A stretch of DNA of 64,000 nt from an uncultured Candidatus Saccharibacteria bacterium (lineage in GTDB: Bacteria > Patescibacteriota > WWE3 > UBA101185 > UBA10185). The DNA lies in the NCBI GenBank assembly GCA_964396025.1, contig CAYNBT010000002.1:37030-101029 (forward strand). Direction: 5' to 3'. Below the pieces are notes generated by a model. The model was not told the origin of the DNA. It searched no databases and worked only from the letters and a program-made list of their open reading frames with translations. Made by a program: the position numbers and the translations under genes. Shown one piece after another: positions 45,934-54,858 of the stretch; position 1 is the stretch's first letter, and each line of letters begins with the position of its first letter.

Positions 45934-46874
45934 GTAAATCTCGCGTTGTTATCATCACTGGGCCTACCAGTACCGGAAAAACTTCTCTCGCGCTTAACCT
46001 TTGCCAAAAACTTAATGGTGTTATAGTTTCGGCTGATTCCCGTCAGATTTATAGAGATTTTGATATAGGTACAGGTAAGGTACCGGTTGATTCGGTACAG
46101 ACACATTCAATAAAAAAAGCCACTGATACCTGGCTAGTTGATGGTGTCACTATTTGGGGTTACGATCTTGTTGGTGCAAGGCAGGAATTTTCTGCATATG
46201 ATTACAAAAACTTTGCTGCCTCAACTGTGAATATTCTTAGCAAGAAGTATCCGTATGTGTTTATTGTAGGTGGTACCGGGTTCTATCTGGATGTCCTGAC
46301 TAATAGGATCACGCTTGCTGGAGTTTCGCCAGACCCTCAACTGCGTGAGGAATTATCTAAGCTTACAGTTGCTGAACTTGTAGAAAAGTTGGGGCATTTA
46401 AATCATGAAACTCTAAAAAGAATCGACAAGGCCAATCCGGCTAGGTTGATTAGGGCAATAGAGCTAAATCAGCCGCAACACAATTCTTTACATAGATCCT
46501 CTGTAGATACTGCAGTGAATTTACCAGAAGTTGAATTTACTTGGTTGGGGTTGACTTCCAGTAGGGATTCTTTGTACAAGCGTGTGGACACGTGGGCTCA
46601 AGAAATAATCACGCATGGATTGTTGGATGAGGTTCATCACTTGCTTTCACTTGGTTTGGAAGATACTAGGCCTATGCAAGGAATAGTGTACAAAACGGTG
46701 TTAGAACATTTGAAAGATAAGATTACTATTGAGGAGATGCTAAGCCGGATCCAATTTGATTTGCATTCCTATATAAGACGTCAGCAAACCTGGTTCAAAC
46801 GCAACAAGAACATAAACTGGCTTGATATTGCTAGCACAAACCTTAGCAAAAATGCCTTAGATCTTGTATTATAA
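45930..46874 (+). CDS. miaA: tRNA dimethylallyltransferase.
   Basis: An internal ATG at 45930 gives MSKSRVVIITGPTSTGKTSLALNL...IVSADSRQIYRDFDIGTGK, which is the MiaA signature. Confidence 0.85.
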   Translation: MSKSRVVIITGPTSTGKTSLALNLCQKLNGVIVSADSRQIYRDFDIGTGKVPVDSVQTHSIKKATDTWLVDGVTIWGYDLVGARQEFSAYDYKNFAASTVNILSKKYPYVFIVGGTGFYLDVLTNRITLAGVSPDPQLREELSKLTVAELVEKLGHLNHETLKRIDKANPARLIRAIELNQPQHNSLHRSSVDTAVNLPEVEFTWLGLTSSRDSLYKRVDTWAQEIITHGLLDEVHHLLSLGLEDTRPMQGIVYKTVLEHLKDKITIEEMLSRIQFDLHSYIRRQQTWFKRNKNINWLDIASTNLSKNALDLVL

Positions 46875-46883
46875 AGTCACTAT

Positions 46884-47891
46884 ATGGATAAAGAAATTGT
46901 AGTATCAATCAAGACAGTACTTTTTACCGTTGCTCTATTTATCGCACTCTTTGTTGTTGTAAAACTCGGACCGATTTTGGCACTACTCCTTATTGCTGCT
47001 TTGTTCGTACTGGCATTGGAGCCTTCTGTACAATTTTTAATGCGGCAGACATTGTTTGATCGCCCAATTCCTCGAGCTATCGCTGTTCCTGTAGCGTTCA
47101 CCGTGGCCGTCATCATAATTTTGCTTGTATTGACCGTGGGTCTACCTCCTGTGATAACGCAAGCCCAAACATTAATAGCAGGTTTATTGTCGGCTTCTGG
47201 TAGAATTCCTGGCCTAGAAACCACAAGTATAACCAAAGTCTTTGAATTGATTTCCACAGTGGCACCAAACTTTTCGGAGATTTCAGGGAATGTGGTTGCG
47301 GTTACTGTCTCATTTTTTTCCAATATTCTCACAGTAGTTAGCGTGCTTATTATTGCTTTATACATGTCTATGGATTGGGAGAACATCAAGCATCGTTTCT
47401 TTAATGCGTTGCCTACAGAGGCTCAACCGGAAGTAAGAAGTGTCCTTGCTGAAATCGAAGTAAGTGTTGGCCACTGGTTCAGAGGGCAAATTACCCTGAT
47501 GGTTTTGGTGGGGTTAGCAAGTTTTATTGGTCTTTTGATCTTAGGAATAGATTACCCTCTGGCCTTAGGATTAATCTCGGGTTTGTTAGAGATAGTTCCA
47601 ATGTTAGGACCGCTAGTTTCTGCAGTCCTTGCGGCCGTAGTTGGTTTTTCTATTTCGCCTCTCAAAGGTTTAGCGGCAGTGGCACTGTTTATATTGATTC
47701 AGCAGCTAGAGAACAATATTTTAGTACCAAAGGTTATGCAAAAGGTTTCCGGATTTAGCCCTCTTGTAATTCTTTTAGCGCTTTTGGTGGGAAGTAACTT
47801 CTTTGGAGTTGTTGGCGCTATTGTGGCCGTTCCGGTCACTATGATTCTATTCATAGTTGTAAAACATCTTATAGCTCATTCGTATAAGTAA
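46884..47891 (+). CDS. AI-2E family transporter (PerM/UPF0118).
   Basis: It is a polytopic membrane protein with the conserved C-terminal region LEIVPMLGPL...ILIQQLENNILVPKVM. Confidence 0.75.
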   Translation: MDKEIVVSIKTVLFTVALFIALFVVVKLGPILALLLIAALFVLALEPSVQFLMRQTLFDRPIPRAIAVPVAFTVAVIIILLVLTVGLPPVITQAQTLIAGLLSASGRIPGLETTSITKVFELISTVAPNFSEISGNVVAVTVSFFSNILTVVSVLIIALYMSMDWENIKHRFFNALPTEAQPEVRSVLAEIEVSVGHWFRGQITLMVLVGLASFIGLLILGIDYPLALGLISGLLEIVPMLGPLVSAVLAAVVGFSISPLKGLAAVALFILIQQLENNILVPKVMQKVSGFSPLVILLALLVGSNFFGVVGAIVAVPVTMILFIVVKHLIAHSYK

Positions 47892-47945
47892 CCGTTGACT
47901 CACTCCTTTGTTTGTCTTTAGTGCCATTGGAACAGCTATTTTTTT

Positions 47946-48276
47946 GGAAACAATAAGCCAGATTCTGTTGGGCACCTAAGTGCTTGGCGATCATCTATCT
48001 ATGCTCCGTCCTTACACCTTGCCGAGCCGGCTCAAGCGGTGAGTTCGCGGATTGCTGCGAGTAGGATTGCCCGTTTCATCCGTTGTTCGTGCCTTGCGGT
48101 TTAGAACATCGGTCGTCCCTGTTGCTCTCAAAGAATGTTGATTCATTCTCTGTTTCTTTAAGCTTTCGCCAAAGAACACTAGCAGTTACCTGTCGGAGGT
48201 TGCCCTCCGTCCTCTTGCTCTATGCAGTCTGGACTTTCCTCCCAGCCATTTCTGACTGAGCGATCACCCTGTTTCC
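47946..48276 (-). ncRNA. rnpB: RNase P RNA (bacterial type, compact, about 331 nt).
   Basis: Read on the minus strand, P1 is GGAAACA...UGUUUCC. The P4 5' strand GGGAGGAAAGUCCAGAC, then CAUAGAGCAAG, AGGUAAC, AACAGAGAAUGAAUC, GGAUGAAACGGG, and the P4 3' strand ACAGAAUCUGGCUUAU all parallel E. coli M1 RNA conserved regions. This is a 455-nt ORF-free region with raised GC. Confidence 0.88.
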
Positions 48277-48282
48277 ACCAGC

Positions 48283-48291
48283 ATTATAGCA
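48283..48291 (-). promoter_or_regulatory. Extended -10 promoter (TGcTATAAT) placed to start rnpB at the P1 guanosine.
   Basis: On the minus strand TGCTATAAT is followed by 6 nt and then GGAAACA. Confidence 0.45.
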
Positions 48292-48346
48292 CTTTCAAGC
48301 TGCTCACTCTGATGAATTAACTTAGCCGCTATGTTAATATACTCAC

Positions 48347-49423
48347 ATGACTGACTTAGATCCTGCAAAGTTTCATATACTTAATGCAGCTCAAAAACGC
48401 CTACTTTTAATTGCTTTGGTTTTTTTTACGTTCGTAGGACTCCCTATTTTCAGTTTTCTTTATTACTCTGTTGCAATAAATCGCCCGGCGCAAACCATAG
48501 ATGATTCAAGTTTTACGATTGATTCGGGTATGAGCCTAGAAGAAATCTCAAAAGGTTTGTACAGGCAAGACCTGATAAACTCTGAATTTATGTTTAAACT
48601 GTATTTGGTGCTGTCTGGATCTCATACGAAAATACAGGCTGGCGTTTATAAGATTCCGGCCGGTGCGAGTGCAGTTTTCTTAGCAGATCTTTTCAAACAT
48701 GGAACTAATGACAAACCTATAACCTTTTTAGAAGGTTGGCGACTTGAGGAGTTTGCTCTTGAGGCTGCAGAAAATCTCGAGAAAGTGGATTTCGAGAATT
48801 TTATACGAATAGCACGACCTTATGAGGGGTATCTGTTTCCAGATACATACAACATCAGTGCATCAATTGATGAAAGTGAGTTGGTTGAATTGTTGCGAAA
48901 CAACTTCAGCAATAAAACAGAAGATCTTCTCACAGAAACTAATCTTCAAAAAGCAGGTTTATCCAAGGAGCAAGCTGTAATCCTAGCCTCTATTGTAGAA
49001 AGAGAAGTTCATGCTAAGTCAGATCGCCCTATTGTTGCGGGAATATTAATTAAACGTTTGAAAAATGATGAATTATTGGGAGCGGATGCTACAACACAAT
49101 ACGCTGTTGATACAAGTAGAATTTGCCCTGCAGTGACTTCCATTGCTCTGTGCATACCTTCTAAAGAACAGGTTGAAACCGTAGATTTTTGGCCGGTAGT
49201 ATTGTATCAAGCAGATTTGGACAGTGAGAGCCCTTACAATACGCGCAAGTTAGTTGGTTTGCCCCCACTTCCTATATCAAATCCAGGATTTGATGCCTTG
49301 GAGTCGGTTGTAAATCACAAGATCACTGACTTTAATTTCTACCTAACAGATAGCAAGGGAATTACACACTACGCAAGAACTTTAGCTGAACACAACTCCA
49401 ATGTTGCTACATATCTTCGCTGA
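48347..49423 (+). CDS. mltG: Endolytic murein transglycosylase MltG (YceG family).
   Basis: An N-terminal TM segment is followed by the YceG domain (FTIDSGMSLEEISKGL...GVYKIPAGASA...ITFLEGWRLEEFA...YEGYLFPDTY). Confidence 0.8.
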   Translation: MTDLDPAKFHILNAAQKRLLLIALVFFTFVGLPIFSFLYYSVAINRPAQTIDDSSFTIDSGMSLEEISKGLYRQDLINSEFMFKLYLVLSGSHTKIQAGVYKIPAGASAVFLADLFKHGTNDKPITFLEGWRLEEFALEAAENLEKVDFENFIRIARPYEGYLFPDTYNISASIDESELVELLRNNFSNKTEDLLTETNLQKAGLSKEQAVILASIVEREVHAKSDRPIVAGILIKRLKNDELLGADATTQYAVDTSRICPAVTSIALCIPSKEQVETVDFWPVVLYQADLDSESPYNTRKLVGLPPLPISNPGFDALESVVNHKITDFNFYLTDSKGITHYARTLAEHNSNVATYLR

Positions 49424-49856
49424 GCAGATTGTTGGAATTCACAAGTTCTTCAGAGAGTTTAATACCAAACAACTCCAACAACCCCTCATCTACCATGATA
49501 GGCTTGTTGAGTCTTACGGCAAGCGCCACTGCATCAGAAAGTCTTACATCAACAGATCTTATATCTGTACAATGCTGAATCTTTATACTTGAGTGAAATA
49601 TCCCATCAGTGAAACCTGTGATAACAGTACTAAGTATTTCTGCATGAAAAAGTTCCAAAATCTTACTCAACGCATCGTGTATTTGAGGTCTTTTTGCTGG
49701 AAAGCCCTGTTGCGATATGGTGATAATCTGAGCAGAAACAGAGTCAATCTCTAGAGGAAGTAATATGCTAGACTCCTTATCCAGAAGATACAGCGTAAAT
49801 GTTTCGTCCTTTGAATTTTTATTAGAGATAATTGCCTTTACTTCCAGATTTTTCAT
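49407..49856 (-). CDS. Bifunctional nuclease domain (DUF151/BFN) protein.
   Basis: LYLLDKESSILLPLEIDSVSAQII...RPQIHDAL...IRSVDVRLSDAVALAVRLNKPIMVDE fits the BFN domain. Confidence 0.65.
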   Translation of the reverse strand: MKNLEVKAIISNKNSKDETFTLYLLDKESSILLPLEIDSVSAQIITISQQGFPAKRPQIHDALSKILELFHAEILSTVITGFTDGIFHSSIKIQHCTDIRSVDVRLSDAVALAVRLNKPIMVDEGLLELFGIKLSEELVNSNNLLSEDM

Positions 49857-49946
49857 ATCTTAAAGTTTGGCAGGAGAGTACTGCGACTATAGTATTAAAA
49901 ACTATGTTTTGCAAGATTAAATCAGCTCGCCTATAATAGCAGTGTT

Positions 49947-50387
49947 ATGTTAAATCTGCTCAAGGACATGAACTCCAAAGCCGATTCCTACTACGCGGGC
50001 TTAAAAGAAGAAAAAAAGTCTCACTACTTTTACATGTTCCTTTTTGGAACTTTTATATGTTTTATACTCTTTGGTTTGGTATTGGGCTACTTAACTGGTC
50101 CACAGCTCAATGATGAAGATATGAATCAGCCGGCTTTTAATCAACCAGAAGAAAAGTATTATGAAGGTAGAATATCCTATGTTGACCCCATGCGTTATCC
50201 AGGTCAAAATGTCTCATATATCTTAGTCGATCCTAATGGAAAGTTACTGTTTTTGCTTAAAGCTCAGGATCAAAAGCTTGTTGTAGCCGAAGGTCATTGG
50301 GGCAAATTGTACGGGGATATTTCCAAGTCACCTACAGGAGAAGATATACTTACAGTTGAAAGGGTTGTACTGAAGCAATCAAACTAA
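49947..50387 (+). CDS. Hypothetical membrane-anchored protein.
   Basis: It is an ORF with an N-terminal TM segment (FYMFLFGTFICFILFGLVLGYL) and lies immediately upstream of ftsE. Confidence 0.4.
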   Translation: MLNLLKDMNSKADSYYAGLKEEKKSHYFYMFLFGTFICFILFGLVLGYLTGPQLNDEDMNQPAFNQPEEKYYEGRISYVDPMRYPGQNVSYILVDPNGKLLFLLKAQDQKLVVAEGHWGKLYGDISKSPTGEDILTVERVVLKQSN

Positions 50388-50388
50388 T

Positions 50389-51075
50389 ATGAGTCAAATC
50401 AACTTTAATCAAGTTAGCAAAGAGTATGCCAACAGTGTAAAAGCACTAGATGGTGTTTCTTTTACTGTTGAACCAGGCGAGTTTATTTTTTTGATCGGAC
50501 CGTCTGGCGCAGGAAAATCCACTCTCATTAAAATGCTTATCAGAGAAGAGGTGCCTTCTGATGGAGTTGTCCTTCTTAACGATCAAAATGTAGCTGACGT
50601 ACCTTTAAGTGCTATACCGGATCTTCGTCGCAGAGTGGGCGTTGTGTTTCAGGATTTCAAAGTTTTAAAATCAAAGAGTGTTTTTGAAAATGTGGCAATC
50701 GCTCTAGATGTTGTAGATACGCCAGATGTGGAGATAAAGGAGATAGTACCTAACGTTCTAAATCTCGTGGGACTTTTTGACAAAATGGAAAGCTTCCCTT
50801 CACAACTTTCCGGGGGAGAATTGCAGCGACTTTCCATTGCGCGTGCATTTGCACATGAGCCAGACATTTTGGTTGCAGATGAACCTACCGGGATGATTGA
50901 TCCGCTTGCGACTTTGGAGGTTTTAGATATTCTGGAGAAAATAAATGCCTTGGGTACAACTGTTTTAATGTCCACACATGATCAGCATATTGTAGACAGA
51001 ATGAAAAAACGAGTTATTAAATTGGAAAAAGGGCAGTTGGTTTGGGACAAACAAGGAGGAAAATATCATGGATAA
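50389..51075 (+). CDS. ftsE: Cell division ATP-binding protein FtsE.
   Basis: It has an ABC ATPase with Walker A GPSGAGKST, signature LSGGELQR and Walker B ILVADEP. It is followed by ftsX. Confidence 0.85.
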   Translation: MSQINFNQVSKEYANSVKALDGVSFTVEPGEFIFLIGPSGAGKSTLIKMLIREEVPSDGVVLLNDQNVADVPLSAIPDLRRRVGVVFQDFKVLKSKSVFENVAIALDVVDTPDVEIKEIVPNVLNLVGLFDKMESFPSQLSGGELQRLSIARAFAHEPDILVADEPTGMIDPLATLEVLDILEKINALGTTVLMSTHDQHIVDRMKKRVIKLEKGQLVWDKQGGKYHG

Positions 51076-51961
51076 AGTGTTAAAGAATATTTCCATACTT
51101 CTGAAAAGAGAAAGATTGTTAGTAGTTACAAATATCTTGGTTATCACTCTCACATTCCTTATAATGGGATCCTTTATAACCATTTTTACCCTAACTCAAA
51201 CAGTACTGCGTAGACTTGAAGATCAAGCTCAGATTACGGTCTTTTTTAAAGACGACTTTCCCGCGAAGAATATATTGGCATTACAAAATAGTCTCAAAAA
51301 AGATGAACGTGTACTCGATGTTACTTATGTTTCAAAAGAGGCTGCGTTTAAAATTTTTACTGACTTAAACAAAAATGAACCAGTTCTACTAGAATCCCTA
51401 ACAGCAAGTATCTTGCCTGCTAGTTTGGAAATCAGAGCCACAAAGGTAGGGGATTTGGCTGCCCTTGCAGGCGAATTGGGAAAAAAGGATGGCGTGGAAG
51501 AGGTAAAATTCTTTAGAGATGTTATCGAGAATTTTCGACGAATAGGTTTGGTGATAAATATTGTAGGTGCTGTTTTGGTTGTGGCTTTTTTGATTATTTC
51601 TTTTGCGGTTATCACTGTGGCATTAAGGATGACCATTAATTCTAAGGGCACAGAGTTAGAAATTCTAAAGTTGGTGGGGGCCTCCGATAACTATGTACAG
51701 TATCCGTTGATAGTGCAGGGAGTTTTCTATTGTTTAGTATCTTCTGTTTTGGCTACTATAATTCTAGTACCTTCTCTATTAGTTCTGCTTTCGTCTTCTG
51801 CTATTGCGGATTCAGGACTGGTCATGTTCAGTTTTGTCCCGGGTCTAAAAATCAATGTTTATGTGTACATCGCTTTGCTTTTTGTACTCCTAAACCTAGT
51901 TGGTATAATCCTAGGCTATTTTGGCAGTAAGAACGCCATTAAAAAGTATCTTAAATACTAG
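51068..51961 (+). CDS. ftsX: Cell division permease-like protein FtsX.
   Basis: It has four TM segments and a large first extracytoplasmic loop. It overlaps the ftsE stop by 8 nt. Confidence 0.8.
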   Translation: MDKVLKNISILLKRERLLVVTNILVITLTFLIMGSFITIFTLTQTVLRRLEDQAQITVFFKDDFPAKNILALQNSLKKDERVLDVTYVSKEAAFKIFTDLNKNEPVLLESLTASILPASLEIRATKVGDLAALAGELGKKDGVEEVKFFRDVIENFRRIGLVINIVGAVLVVAFLIISFAVITVALRMTINSKGTELEILKLVGASDNYVQYPLIVQGVFYCLVSSVLATIILVPSLLVLLSSSAIADSGLVMFSFVPGLKINVYVYIALLFVLLNLVGIILGYFGSKNAIKKYLKY

Positions 51962-51969
51962 TTACATTT

Positions 51970-53184
51970 ATGAGATTAAGGACAGTAATCGTATTTTCAC
52001 TAATAACCTTAGTTGTCTTTTCTGCAGCTCCTGCGGTGTTGGCGCATTACATGCCCTTTGGTGGTACAGAAGAAGATACTCCAGCACCTGATGAGGAATT
52101 GGAAAGCAAAATCGAAGATTTACAAGAAAAGATAGAAGAATATGAAAAGAAGATTGGAAAACTGGAAAAGCAGGAACAGAGCCTTTCAAAAGATATTGAA
52201 TACGCCAACAGTCAGATTAGCATTTTGGAATTAAAAGTTCAGTCTGTGCTAGCCCAAATTGAGCAAAAAACCTCACAAATAGGTAGATTAGGTAATGACA
52301 TTGAAAAACTTAGGAATCGTATTGAACGCCTAGGAGAATCAATTGATTACCAGCAGGACGTTTTGTCTGAACGCATGCGTACACGCTACAAAGTATACGA
52401 TAGTTCGCCTCTAGTAGTTCTTTTGGGAGGTACTACACTCAACAATTTGGTGCAAAAAACCAAATATCTAAAATCAATGGAAATTCAAGACACAAAATTG
52501 GTAAAAGAAATGAAAAGGACAAAAGAAGATTTTAGTCTTCAAAAAACCTTGTTTGAGCAAAAAAAGGCTCAAGCGGAAGATCTGAAGGCACAGATCGAGC
52601 AAGAAAAAAACAACTTAGTAAGTTATCAGAATGAACTTGAGCGCCAAAAGAAGGATAAGGAAGAATTACTTAGAAAAACCGAGAATGACGAAAACAAATA
52701 TCAGCAGCTTCTTGCTCAAGTAAAGTCAGAGCTAGCTGCCTTGCAACTTGCCATTGATTTGCCTTCCGGTGATGGCGAAGAGGTTGAGGAAGGGGATGTA
52801 ATTGGTTTCATGGGTAATACAGGGTGTTCTTCAGGACCACATTTGCACTTTGGGTATGTTAAAGATGGCCGTTCTAGGGATCCTCTTCCTGAGTTAAATA
52901 AAGGTAATCTGAAGTGGCCGGTTTCCAACTGGCAAATAACACAATACTTTGGTGAAAACTACTCCTTTTATATGAACAATTTTGGAATTCCCGGGCACGA
53001 CGCACTGGACATTGTGAGCAGTTCTCAATGGTCAGGTGCACCGGTGAAAGCAGCTAAGGATGGGGTGCTGTATTATGCACAGGATGCCAAAGTTTACTGC
53101 CCTGGGCTAAACAACTCCATCGGTAAGGGAGCGATTATTGATCACGGAGACAATGAGCGAACAATCTATTGGCATCTTCAGTAA
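51970..53184 (+). CDS. Coiled-coil M23 (LytM) peptidase whose catalytic motifs are in permuted order (EnvC/PcsB-like partner of FtsEX).
   Basis: A signal/TM segment and about 240 aa of coiled-coil are followed by GFMGNTGCSSGPHLHFG (the HxH segment) BEFORE GIPGHDALDIV...AAKDGVLYY...IIDHGDNERTIYWHLQ (the HxxxD segment). The protein then ends. This is the reverse of the canonical M23 order. Confidence 0.7.
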   Translation: MRLRTVIVFSLITLVVFSAAPAVLAHYMPFGGTEEDTPAPDEELESKIEDLQEKIEEYEKKIGKLEKQEQSLSKDIEYANSQISILELKVQSVLAQIEQKTSQIGRLGNDIEKLRNRIERLGESIDYQQDVLSERMRTRYKVYDSSPLVVLLGGTTLNNLVQKTKYLKSMEIQDTKLVKEMKRTKEDFSLQKTLFEQKKAQAEDLKAQIEQEKNNLVSYQNELERQKKDKEELLRKTENDENKYQQLLAQVKSELAALQLAIDLPSGDGEEVEEGDVIGFMGNTGCSSGPHLHFGYVKDGRSRDPLPELNKGNLKWPVSNWQITQYFGENYSFYMNNFGIPGHDALDIVSSSQWSGAPVKAAKDGVLYYAQDAKVYCPGLNNSIGKGAIIDHGDNERTIYWHLQ

Positions 53185-53245
53185 TTCTATTTCTGTTAGA
53201 AACTTAGCCCTTTATCTTACTCTGCAGGAAGTATAGATTCCGAGT

Positions 53246-53728
53246 ATGTGCAACAAAATAATACAAACAGTAGTGATGTTTGTGGTTTTTATACGCGTGT
53301 TTTTGAATTGTCCTGAAGTGGATGCTAAGGAATCAACTCCTTCCGTCAAGTTGGAAACACACTTGTTGGGCGAATCAAGGGAAGTTAATCTACTTTTAGA
53401 TTCAGAGGATTCGTTTAGAGTACGTCCAAATGCTACAGTGGGAGGCATGCAGGTATGGGATTCTAGAATGCAGCGCTGGGTAGAAAATGTCGGTTTGTGG
53501 TCACAGTTGCCTCAAGTTTCGGGCAGCATCAAAATGCGTTTTAGCAAATCAGGCTTTCCAAAAAAGATTTTCAATCTAATTTTCCAAGATCCTATTACAG
53601 CTAAACTTTATTATTCCCCTCAGTACACGGTTTGGAGTGCCTACTATGTACAAAATTATCTGAGTTCGTTAAACAGTAACCTAGATGAGCAAAACGAATC
53701 TTCGGCTAGTAAAGTATGGGGATGGTAG
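53246..53728 (+). CDS. Hypothetical secreted protein.
   Basis: It has an N-terminal signal-like hydrophobic segment (IIQTVVMFVVFIRVFL). I do not recognise a family. Confidence 0.4.
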   Translation: MCNKIIQTVVMFVVFIRVFLNCPEVDAKESTPSVKLETHLLGESREVNLLLDSEDSFRVRPNATVGGMQVWDSRMQRWVENVGLWSQLPQVSGSIKMRFSKSGFPKKIFNLIFQDPITAKLYYSPQYTVWSAYYVQNYLSSLNSNLDEQNESSASKVWGW

Positions 53729-53737
53729 AATTGGTGG

Positions 53738-54109
53738 ATGCAGGTTTTAAAAAGATGGCTTCCATCTATACTAATGTGCACACTTATTTTTGTGTCTTCA
53801 TCCTTGCCCGGTGCCTCTGTGTCCGGAAACGGAGATGTAGATTACTCAGCTCACAAATTTGCGCATACAGTAGTGTTTTCTCTGTTATGCTTCACTTTCT
53901 ACAGGGCCACCAAAAACCCTGCAGGTGCAGCTGCTTTAACATCCTTGTATGGGGTTTTGGATGAGTTTCATCAGACGTTTGTCTTGACACGATCAGGTAA
54001 TATAATTGATGTAGCTGTGGATACGTCCGCAGCAGTTGTAACTGCCGTTGTTTTATGGAAATACTTTCACTTTCTGCCGAACAAACTCAAGATTTGGCTA
54101 AACGAATAG
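53738..54109 (+). CDS. VanZ-like membrane protein.
   Basis: FAHTVVFSLLCFTFYRA...YGVLDEFHQTFVLTRSGNIIDVAVDT is the VanZ family signature. Confidence 0.6.
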   Translation: MQVLKRWLPSILMCTLIFVSSSLPGASVSGNGDVDYSAHKFAHTVVFSLLCFTFYRATKNPAGAAALTSLYGVLDEFHQTFVLTRSGNIIDVAVDTSAAVVTAVVLWKYFHFLPNKLKIWLNE

Positions 54110-54498
54110 CTTCTAGGCTGGTTCCGGGCGATGTTTTGGCGTTATATGGGGATCTAGGGGCTGGTAAAACCACTTTTACTAACTTCTTAGTGCAGGGTTT
54201 GAATATAAACGCAAGAGTTCAGAGTCCGACCTTTGTAATTGCGCGTTGCTATCAAGGGAACGGTATGAATGGGATTTGTAAGGTACATCATGCGGATTTA
54301 TATAGACTAGCTAATGAAGTGGAACTTGCTGATTTGGGCATACACGAGCTTTTTGGCGAGTCAGATTCTATACTCGTGGTAGAGTGGCCCGAGTTTCTTG
54401 AGCAACAACTGCCTGCAAATACAATAAAAATTAGATTTACACTTTTGGAAGATGGAAACCGAAAAATATATGTGGAAAATACAAATAGATTCAACTAA
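54055..54498 (+). CDS. tsaE: tRNA threonylcarbamoyladenosine biosynthesis protein TsaE.
   Basis: LYGDLGAGKTTFTNFL...SPTFVIARCY...HADLYRL...VVEWPE are the TsaE motifs. The N-terminus overlaps the 3' end of vanZ by 55 nt. Confidence 0.75.
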   Translation: MEILSLSAEQTQDLAKRIASRLVPGDVLALYGDLGAGKTTFTNFLVQGLNINARVQSPTFVIARCYQGNGMNGICKVHHADLYRLANEVELADLGIHELFGESDSILVVEWPEFLEQQLPANTIKIRFTLLEDGNRKIYVENTNRFN

Positions 54499-54811
54499 AA
54501 GACGTGAGGCGATCGTTGCTCTTTTTAAGGTTACAGGCGGTATAGAAACGTTGGTGGCTTCCAAGGAGGGTGATCTAGATATTGTATCTGCAATCAAGGA
54601 ACTCCTTACAGAGAATAATCTGAAGTTAGCTGATGTTTCTGAAGTTAAGCCTGTTTTGGGTCCTGGCTCATACACCGGTCTCAGAAATGGCGTAACAGTT
54701 GCTAACACGCTTAGTTGGGCATTAGGAAAAAAAGAGTTGAAAGATTTGGACGTTCCTTTGTATGGATCAGAACCCAATATAAGTGAACGCAAGGAAAAAT
54801 CTCTAAATTAA
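54470..54811 (+). CDS. tsaB: TsaB-like protein, N-terminal domain only (about 114 aa).
   Basis: MWKIQIDSTKRREAIVAL...GPGSYTGLRNGVTVANTLSWAL matches the TsaB N-terminal domain. The C-terminal half is absent. Confidence 0.55.
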   Translation: MWKIQIDSTKRREAIVALFKVTGGIETLVASKEGDLDIVSAIKELLTENNLKLADVSEVKPVLGPGSYTGLRNGVTVANTLSWALGKKELKDLDVPLYGSEPNISERKEKSLN

Positions 54812-54858
54812 AGCAATTAACCCTAGAACCCTTTGCCTGCTAGTTGTAAAATACACAT

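Noticed and set aside
53716-53964. An 82-aa ORF overlapping the start of vanZ.
   Set aside because: It is in a different frame within the VanZ-like gene, which has a recognisable family signature.
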